Source: Eledone cirrhosa (taxonomy: Eukaryota). Taken from it: 64,000 nucleotides of DNA. The stretch covers positions 42,966,001 to 43,030,000 of the forward strand of contig OZ024741.1 in the NCBI GenBank assembly GCA_964016885.1, read 5' to 3'. Numbering within the stretch: position 1 is the first letter of the stretch; every line of letters begins with the position of its first letter. Position numbers and translations under genes: made by a program. Positions 54,799 through 64,000 of this stretch are shown here, piece by piece. A model generated the notes under the pieces. It saw only the letters and a program-made list of their open reading frames with translations. It ran no database searches and had not been told where the DNA came from.

Positions 54799-56550
54799 AT
54801 GTCCCCAGATGTGTGTGACAGCACGGAGGACCTCCTCAGCAGAATCGGCGCGGGTAACCGATCTGGGGACCTAACAAACTGCATAATAGGCAGTATGGAT
54901 GCTGTGTCCCTGTATCCATCTATTGACGTGGATTTTGCTGTGGAGAAATGCGTCGAAATGATCATCGAGAGCAAGGTTGAGTTCCGTGGGATTGATACCA
55001 GTGACCTGGGACTTCTACTTAAGCTTACACATAGTAATAGTTACCTAGACACTTATGACCTTAGCAACCTGTGCCCTACAAGACCAGCAAGAGGCAGACC
55101 ACCTACCATTACCTCAATGGCCAAGAAAACCCACACAGATAGATGGAACGGGTGGACCAGAGCCATACGGCCACCCGAAAACCACGATGAACTGAAGAAA
55201 ATGATTGCACATGCGGTAGGGGCCAGCATAAAATTAACCCTTAAGGAACATATGTTCAAATTTAATGGTAAAACATATGCCCAAGAGGAAGGAGCAGCCA
55301 TTGGTGTTAGCATTGCAGGCGACATAGCTAACTTATTCATGGTATGGTGGGACAGTAGACTTAAACAAAAACTTAATGAACAATTAGAAGACAGCTTAAC
55401 CCTGATAATGTACTCCCGCTACGTAGATGATATAAACATCATAGTTAAGACAGCCCCACTAAAGAACAGTCAGGAACTAGAGAAAAACACAATGGAAACC
55501 ATCCAGCAAATAGCAAACTCCATCCACCAGAGCATTAGAGTTACTATAGACTACCCAAGTAGACACCCCAACCATCGATTACCTGTACTAGACACAGAGC
55601 TCTGGTTAGATACAATTAACAACCAAAAACAAATCCTCCATTCCCATTATGCCAAACCCATGACTTCCAAACATCTGATCCACCGAAACTCGGCCATTTC
55701 GGACCATACCAAAATCAACATACTGATTGCGGATTTGGTACGGGTGATGAGAAATGTGTCCCGCATGTGCACCCCCGAAGAACTAGAGAGACACATACAA
55801 CACTTCATCCACCGTATGCAGTTCTCTGGCTACAATCAGAGAGATAGAATCAGAGTGTATAAAGGAGCCAGAACCAAATGGGAAAAAATGGTAAATAATG
55901 ACATAAATGGGACCTGCCCCTTGTATAGGAGCAAATTTTGGAAGAGAATAGAAAGAACTAAGAACAAGGCCAATAGAATAAACTCATGGTATGATAGCAA
56001 TAAATACCAGAGTGTAATGTTCATCAATACAACCCTTAGAGGCGAACTAGCCTACAAATTTAGAAGGGCCCTAAAGAAACATAATCTCAATATTAAGATA
56101 GTAGAAAGACCTGGTACCTCCGTAAAAACACTTATTAGCAAGACATACCCGTTCCAAAGACCCTCATGTATAGATAAGAAATGTATAACCTGTAAAATAA
56201 GCCCCCATATTAACTGTGAAACTAGAAATGTAGTATATAGCATAAGATGTACTGAAGGACAATGTAGAAACAAAAATATAGTGTACATAGGTCAGACAGC
56301 TCGTAGTATAGGGGAACGAATAAATGAACACTGGCGAGACCTCCAAGATAATAAAGAATCATCTGTGCTCTACCAACATGCTAAGATAGAACACAGGGGT
56401 AAATTAGAGAGCATAGAAATAAAAATAGAATCCACACACAAGAAAGACGCAATGTTTAGGCAAATTACAGAGGCAGTAAGCATAAAAGAATTAAAACCAA
56501 AATTAAATAGAAAATATGAGTGGAAGAGCAACATCACAACTTACAATTAA
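54799..56550 (+). CDS. PLE RT + Cys-rich linker + GIY-YIG endonuclease, N-terminally truncated (Neptune/Nematis-like linker)
   Basis: GSMDAVSLYPSI, QEEGAAIG, YSRYVDD, LPVLD, SGY, C-x4-C-x2-C linker, NVVYSIRC...YIGQTAR...R..EH, ITEA..I...P.LN. Confidence 0.92.
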   Translation: MSPDVCDSTEDLLSRIGAGNRSGDLTNCIIGSMDAVSLYPSIDVDFAVEKCVEMIIESKVEFRGIDTSDLGLLLKLTHSNSYLDTYDLSNLCPTRPARGRPPTITSMAKKTHTDRWNGWTRAIRPPENHDELKKMIAHAVGASIKLTLKEHMFKFNGKTYAQEEGAAIGVSIAGDIANLFMVWWDSRLKQKLNEQLEDSLTLIMYSRYVDDINIIVKTAPLKNSQELEKNTMETIQQIANSIHQSIRVTIDYPSRHPNHRLPVLDTELWLDTINNQKQILHSHYAKPMTSKHLIHRNSAISDHTKINILIADLVRVMRNVSRMCTPEELERHIQHFIHRMQFSGYNQRDRIRVYKGARTKWEKMVNNDINGTCPLYRSKFWKRIERTKNKANRINSWYDSNKYQSVMFINTTLRGELAYKFRRALKKHNLNIKIVERPGTSVKTLISKTYPFQRPSCIDKKCITCKISPHINCETRNVVYSIRCTEGQCRNKNIVYIGQTARSIGERINEHWRDLQDNKESSVLYQHAKIEHRGKLESIEIKIESTHKKDAMFRQITEAVSIKELKPKLNRKYEWKSNITTYN

Positions 56551-56863
56551 GGACAAAATGAAAACACACACACACATAGAACAAACAACTTACAATTGAA
56601 AACACACACAAAATGAAAACACACACAAGACAAAATGAAAACACACACACACATAGAACAAACAACCAAACAACCAACCAACAATAAATAAATAAATAAA
56701 CAAACAAATAGAAAAATATAAATAGAAAAATAGAAAAATGAACACAAACACACACAGACACCCGGATGTGGCGCATGCGCAAACGGAGCACGCAACCTAC
56801 ACACAAACAAAATGGCGTAGGATAGAAGAAAGGAAAGGCACAGAAACGAAGAAAGAAATCCCC

Positions 56864-56908
56864 AGTCACTGAAGAGGTCACAGAGTGTGTGACGAAAGAA
56901 CTATGACT
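56864..56908 (+). ncRNA. Type I hammerhead ribozyme in PLE 3' UTR (mirror 53402-53446, minus)
   Basis: agtca-CTGAAGA-g gtcac agagtgt gtgac-GAAA-gaac-TA-tgact. Confidence 0.85.
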
Positions 56909-57146
56909 ATATATATATAAACAACTATCTGGTTGTGGAACCAACCAACCAACCAGAAATTTATAAATTTGTAAATTTATAAATATATAATAAATTAAAT
57001 TGAAGTGAAAGCAACTGGTGCGTGTGTTTCTTATTGGCAACATGACCCTCCCAAAGTATAACAATATCGGTTTCAACACACGATTTCAGATAAAGAATCT
57101 TGCTAAACAAATTCAGAAACGAAATATATATATATATATATATATA

Positions 57147-57722
57147 CTAGCGGTGGTACCCGGCGTTGCACGGGATAAGGCATTGTGAAATATGTAACCG
57201 CCTTAGCTAAGCTTAGTATTGCCACAACCACGGCTGGCAAAAAAGTAAGGGTCTGGTAGTACGTAAGTAAGCAACACTGTGGCTTAAAACGCGAGGAAGT
57301 AGGTGTGTGCACTTACCAACTGTTTGGGGAATGAGTGTGACATTTATCTTGAGCAAGGGTGGCAAAATAACTGGATGCAGCAGACAGCCAGACATACAGA
57401 CAGATATTAAAAGGGTGCGTTCCGGACGCAGAGCCAATTGTAGGAAGTGACGCAATGCAGACAGCCAGACATACAGAAATATATTATAAGGGCGCGACGT
57501 TATATGTATATATCTATTTAAAAAGACAAAGACTAAGAATTATAGAGAGAGATCGCTAAATCGCGTAATGCGGTCCCTAGGGCATTGAACATTTGAAATA
57601 TGTTTTGCTCAGAACACTCCCTGAAACAGAAGTATTACATGTGTAAAGTTTGAAAACAGTTGGTTCGGTGCTTCTCTAGTTTTAGGGATTCAAACTCACA
57701 CACACACAGACATACATCCTCA

Positions 57723-57735
<13 letters not shown>
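57147..57735 (-). mobile_element. Non-autonomous Helitron
   Basis: The minus strand begins tatatataaaactgaggatgtatgtctgtgtg and ends with a GC hairpin cccgtgcaacgccggg, 8 nt and CTAG followed by T. A second 5'-end fragment lies at ~58562-58590 (+). Confidence 0.75.
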
Positions 57736-57794
<59 letters not shown>

Positions 57795-57852
57795 AAAGTG
57801 GTTTTTTTTTTACAAAATGAAAAATAACCGTGGTGTCCTACACGAGTGAAAG

Positions 57853-58148
57853 TATAAAGAAAAAGAGATGAAATCGAAAATGCAACTGGAGTCTTATTTT
57901 TTTTTTAAATATATATATTTATTTGGTTCCTTTACCGGTTTCGCAGTTCTTCTGCTTTTCAAAAGGTGAGTTGAGATGGAGGGTCTGTGGTTTTTCTCAC
58001 ATCAGATGTGAGAAAAACCACAGACCCTCCATCTCAACTCACCTTTTGAAAAGCAGAAGAACTGCGAAACCGGTAAAGGAACCAAATAAATATATATATT
58101 TAAAAAAAAAATAAGACTCCAGTTGCATTTTCAATTTCATCTCTTTTT

Positions 58149-58155
<7 letters not shown>
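57853..58155. mobile_element. Almost perfect ~300-bp palindrome (1-nt spacer at 58004) with a U3-A8 HHR in each arm
   Basis: 58042-58079 (+): cctt-TTGAAAA-gcag aagaa ctgc-GAAA-ccgg-TA-aagg, with its mirror at 57929-57966. Confidence 0.88.
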
Positions 58156-58201
<46 letters not shown>

Positions 58202-58221
58202 TATGTATATACATATATATG

Positions 58222-58279
<58 letters not shown>

Positions 58280-58295
58280 TATGTATATATATATG

Positions 58296-58328
<33 letters not shown>

Positions 58329-58352
58329 GTATATATATATATGTATATATGT

Positions 58353-58383
<31 letters not shown>

Positions 58384-58418
58384 AACATATATATATATAA
58401 ATATATATATATATAAAC

Positions 58419-58460
<42 letters not shown>

Positions 58461-58602
58461 TATGTATATATGTATATATATACATATATATATATACATA
58501 TTAATTCTGGCAATATTACGCCAATATGACCCTCCCCAAGTATAACAGTATATATATACATATATATATAAAACTGAGGATGTCTGTCTGTATATATGTA
58601 TA

Positions 58603-58635
<33 letters not shown>

Positions 58636-59019
58636 GTATATATATGTATATATATATATACGAGGTACACTCAAGAGAGATTAAGACGTTTATCAGAGAG
58701 ACATGACATTTATATAACTCAGATAAAAACATATCTCTAGACTCCCTCCAAATAGGATCCTCCAAATGCAATGCACTTGTAGCGGTGCAGTCACTTCTGG
58801 AAAGCCTCTTGTAGTTCCCCAAAGTGCAGGTGCAGAGCGTGCTTGTCAGAACCTCATTCATCTCCTCCACATCCTCAAAGCTGACATCACTGAGCTTCTC
58901 CTTCAGCTGATGCTGGTCTGTAGGGAGAACTGTCTTGGTCCCCATATTTGGTCATCTTTGAGTTATATCCCTTTGTTATACCGGGTTTCCATAAAGAAGC
59001 GTTTAACATGCTATATAAT

Positions 59020-59205
59020 AATAATTGTTTCTACTTTTGGTGCATCGCCAGCTATTATGGCCAGTGTATTACTGGTACTTTATTTTATCGTCCTCGTAAG
59101 GATGGAAGGCAAAGTTAACCTCGGCGGGATTTGAACCTAGCCTATGAATAGCCGTAACTATGCTGCATAACATAGCCTCGGACCCTCTACTGATACTGCC
59201 AATCC
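59020..59205 (-). mobile_element. SINE copy
   Basis: Same core as 36838-37022. Confidence 0.7.
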
Positions 59206-59681
59206 AAATTAAATTATTATGTACAGTACTCAGGTACACTTCAACTCCTCAATGGTACATGTATAGTACATAGAATAACGTAAAAATGTTAGGCAAGTGA
59301 ACAGTGTATGAGTCATGATATACACACAGATACATGCGTCGGTGTATGGAGGCGGAATATCAGGTGTAGATTGAACTATATCATCAAACTCGTTCACGTG
59401 CCTGATGAAAGTCACAAATTTAACACACATACAATCTCGGGATGGGTTGAAAATTGTGCACTTAAACCCTAGGTAGCGCTTTTGTTCCGTGTAAAATAAC
59501 ATAATATATACATATGTATATATTCATTTTATTAAAGTTATATAATGAGTGTTGTTACTCTGGAGTTTCACCTGCTTTTCACATATATACACTCGTGTTA
59601 AAAAAAAATGAGCCAAGTAATAAGTGAATGTAATGTATAGTTTTTATTTTTCAGATTAATAACATTACATCATATATATAT

Positions 59682-59750
<69 letters not shown>

Positions 59751-59904
59751 GAGTTTGAACCTGGGACTCAAACATAAACATATAAATATATATAATGTTA
59801 CATATCATTTGCCATTGAAATACGTATAACAGTGCTTATGCAAATAAAACGGTAAAGATCAGAACCAACTGGCTTCAACCAAATCACACACACACACACA
59901 CATA

Positions 59905-60001
<97 letters not shown>

Positions 60002-60346
60002 CTTACTCACATTTCAACCAGGTTTGATGGTCTTTATTCTCTCGTTCACGATTCCACCGAATTTATATTCATAGAAATCTGGGACTTGTTTCTTCTTCAT
60101 CACTTTCTGCTGCTTAAACCATTTTGTCTGCTTACCCTAGCGTCCTCTTTATTTACGTGTCCCAACGACTTTTTTTAGCCGTTGCTCGCACCATCCTGAG
60201 GTATATGGCCTTTAATGCGACGAAATGCCTACGACGGTTGGAAGGCCACTGATGAGGACAAACTTTTTCATATGTAACCCATTTGCCGCACCGCAGCTCC
60301 ATTATTATCATATATATATATACATATGTATATATATATATATATT

Positions 60347-60398
<52 letters not shown>

Positions 60399-60570
60399 CA
60401 TATATGTATGTTTGTGTACTCTCCTCAATCTCTCTCAGCATTTCTCTCTCTATATGTATAAGATATATATACATACATACACACACACACACGCACGCAC
60501 ATATGCACATACGCACACACGCACACACGCACAGCCACACACACATATATATATATATGTATATATATAT

Positions 60571-60691
<121 letters not shown>

Positions 60692-61168
60692 TAGATTTAT
60701 ATTTATATATAAACATTCTGTATATACATATGTATATGTTCAATATTCAATTAGGAATTACATTTAAAATACCGACAAGTTCAAACTAAGTTGGTTTCAC
60801 ACTTCACAATCTGCTACAAGACAATGTCATAACCATTAATAATTGCAACATAACGCCACCTACATTATATCGTAAATTTGATATTCAAATGTCTTAGACC
60901 TTTAGGTGGTTTATATTGTATAAGTGTGAGAATGTTATCGGTTTCCTCCTGTTCTGCTTCTAATTATTTTCTCTCTCATAGAAATAACTTCCATCTTTGC
61001 TTTCTTCACTCTCACTATAGTTTTCCTTTTTTCATATTTGGGTTTCTGCGTATGTATGTATATTTGTATGTATGTATATATGTATCTATGTATATATGAA
61101 TGTTCTTCTGGTTTTATAATTTTATAGATTTTTACAAAGAGAGAGAGAGATAAAGAGAGAGAGAGAGA

Positions 61169-61237
<69 letters not shown>

Positions 61238-61479
61238 CGAGTCGGTTTCTAACATAGACACAAGCCTCTTTCATTGGAATTTAAACAACATCGACTAAGT
61301 AGATATGAATACATGTCTGCATAAGTATATATTTGTGGATCTATATGTTATGAGTTATAATGTTCACACGCATATATTTATTTATTTATATATGTGTATC
61401 GCAGGTATTACATGATGCATTTCTGAAATGTTTTACATACGTTTAGATTTCCATTAATTGATTGTACTTGCAATTTCCT

Positions 61480-64000
61480 ATCCAGTCATGCCCTCTCTGG
61501 TTCTGTGTTTCAACATTTGTACTGAGTTAGTTATCCCTAAATATAAGATCCCCTATGATTGCAGATATATACATCGACATGAATAATCAGGGTGGGATAT
61601 CTGCATATTCCTTGTTAGTTCAGAATAAATGTTTCTTTTCTCACTACTCTTTAGCATTATATTGGCATCTGCTGGGCATTGCTCTGCAGGCCTTCCTTTC
61701 TCTGTCCCATATCATATCACTATGCCTGGTCCATACTGTTAGCATTTTATTAGGGTTTACAGTAATATTCCACCAGTACTCTTTCTTATTATGCATGCAT
61801 ATGCTTTCAAACATCATTGAACATTTTATGTTTTTTTTCCCAGGACTATTATTGTTACGAATTTCATATTATAAGGCTTTGATCACTGCATCTTGTGTCA
61901 TAGGTAGACAGTAGTGCGGTGAATACTTTGGACAGATGCTTATGATGTGTGTAATATCCTCGCTGATTATTCTGAAAATGTTATATCTATTTTCACATCT
62001 AGGATCTTTGCTGAATCTCTATTTCAATTGTACATGAGGTATTTTGTTATTTTGCTGTTATTGGGATTATCAAATCTTATCATTCAAAGTGAGTGCTAAT
62101 ATACAGGTTTTGGTCCAAAATAGAATAATTTGCTTAACTATATTACTTTTACGTTGGATCATTCTAGTAACGTAGCCATGTATGAATATTTGCTGATAAG
62201 CATGGAACCTTTCATCCATGGATTCTGTGTGAGTTGGCTGCTATCGTGTAGGGATTTTTTCTCAAGGAGCTCCTTTCCAATTCTAAGTATGTTATTTGCT
62301 TTATGTAGAAAAAATGTTCTATAAATAGGCGTCTATACGCGTTGGTTTCTAGATGTTATCGGAGACATATGATGCGACACTCAAATGCTGTTTGGATTGA
62401 TGTTAAGCATATGCATCCCTGTTTACGTTTCAGGTTTATGTCACTGTTGATGAGGAAATTTGGGGTGCTGGTTAGAACGTTAATGAGAAATACTCCCTAC
62501 ACCATAACAACCAACTCACACAGAGCAATACCTCAACGAATCCATGGATGAACGGTTGTATGTTGTATGGTGGTTCTCCAGTCAAGTAGTCCCAAGATTG
62601 GTGTCAGCATAGGCACAGCAAACACAACTGAACTATTTTCTACAGAAAATTCCGAAGACCTATTCTTCTTGTTCGGGATATATATTCCCTGATTACTCGT
62701 TCTTTGTTTCAAATTCCATGACAGGATATATTTTCATCTCCGTATCTATATTTTCATCTCCTTATCTATAGCAACCCTTTTCAGATATCGATGACACACT
62801 AATGCCGTTGATAGAGATCACGCTAGGATGGCTTGTAGATTTGCCTCGTTTGATAATCATATAGAAACATTTATTCTGGCCAAATCCCATTCCTATATCT
62901 TTCGAGAACGTCGTTGGCATGTGAAGATTTTACTCATATCGTATATATATTCTTGGCATAAAGTTTCAGGTCATTCACAAAGACACTATGCATTATATTT
63001 GTTTTCTGGCTTCTTGTGAACCAATTACGTTTTCTCAGCATAAAGGACAAGGAATTACTCACTGTATAAATAACATCACAGAGAGAGACTGTCACCTTGA
63101 AATACACCCCTACGTATTCTATTTTATCAGTGAAAATATAGTCCTCATTTTCTGTATTTGACTTCAGGATAGTGGCCCAGTTAAAATATATGTTCTGTAT
63201 GTTTCTGATCAAGATATCTGGGACATAAGCGAGCTGAAGGGCTTCTCACAACCAAGAGTGGGGAACTGAATCGAATGCTTTCCCGTAGTTTATCAAAACT
63301 ACAATCAAGTTTATCCAAACTACAACTCTTCCTATTAGGCCGCATATCTGAAACCGCAGTTTTGTTATTTAGGAGTTGCTCATCCAGCAACACAGCTCTT
63401 CTCTTCCCATCTGTGATGATATTGTTATTTTCATGGTGCTCCTGGAGGAATAGGCTCAGACAAGCTGTATTCACATTATACATTAGGTTCTGGCATGCAA
63501 TAGGTTGGTAGGTTTTTGCCAAGTGTGCTGATTCATTGTTTTGAAGGACCCGTCTTATTTCGGTTACTGTCAAACAGCTTGGTATGTGTAACTTCTTTGA
63601 GAGCTTTCTGGTAGACGTTGATAAAATACATCCGATTCAAAATCATTTCTTTGTACCCCACAATTAAGTCTTTCCTGGTACTTTCTTATCTTGAAGTTTT
63701 CCTAACACAGTCGCGAGGATATCGTCATTAATGTTGTATTTTTTGGTGTAATGTAAGGGCAGTAGTTCTTTTGGACCTGTTTCAAGTACAATAGATCTTG
63801 GTTGAATTTCTTTTCTCCAACACATATATTTCTCCAGAAGGAATCTATGTCTTTCTGAGACGGGGCATCAGTAACATTTATTGATTTGCCTCTCATATCT
63901 CTGAAGACGGATGTTTGATTTTGGCTGAATATATTATTTATCATTTTTCATTCAGCCAAACTTTTCTCATATCGGAGTTCTCGCTGACAGCTCTCAGTTC
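61480..64000 (-). mobile_element. Degenerate R4/Dong-type RLE non-LTR retrotransposon, running off the window end
   Basis: FWRNI, KTYQPIACQNLMY, EQLLNNK and FVNDLKLYAKN (RT). DITHIISICP (CCHC knuckle remnant) near 61930-62000. Many stops and frameshifts. Confidence 0.75.

Larger units (their letters stand above)
53243..57123 (+). mobile_element. Young 5'-truncated Penelope-like retroelement with a 1.53-kb inverted copy of its 3' half
   Basis: 53243-54774 is a nearly identical reverse complement of 55536-57067. A ~55-bp unique tail lies at 57068-57123, with (TA)n on both flanks. Confidence 0.95.

Noticed and set aside
60247-60300. cca-CTGATGA-ggac as an HHR
   Set aside because: No properly placed GAAA/stem III follows before the TA array.

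Overview
AT-rich, microsatellite-dense animal genomic DNA. The SINE, LINE and (TA)n/(CA)n content is reminiscent of an octopus/cephalopod genome, which is an inference. No convincing host gene is visible, and almost all long ORFs in the track are translations of (TA)n/(CA)n/(GA)n. The recognisable coding sequence is retroelement-derived: Penelope-like elements (PLEs; RT + GIY-YIG) of two types, including a young copy at 53243-57123 with ~1.53-kb inverted arms, RTE-type LINE fragments with 5' inversions, R4/Dong-type RLE LINE remnants, a non-autonomous Helitron and tRNA-derived SINEs. The main hidden signal is non-coding. By eye I find about 27 type I hammerhead ribozyme (HHR) motifs with an intact core, plus several degenerate ones, in roughly 14-15 unrelated sequence families. 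Most sit in short ORF-less units bounded by (TA)n. These units occur either as fold-back insertions with both 3' ends pointing outward or as tandem/terminally redundant monomers of ~440-680 bp (retrozyme-like). Most have palindromic minimal stem III, several have 60-110 nt domains in stem II, and two families carry the compensatory U3-A8 core (TTGANAA). All folds were assigned by eye and none has been tested computationally or experimentally.
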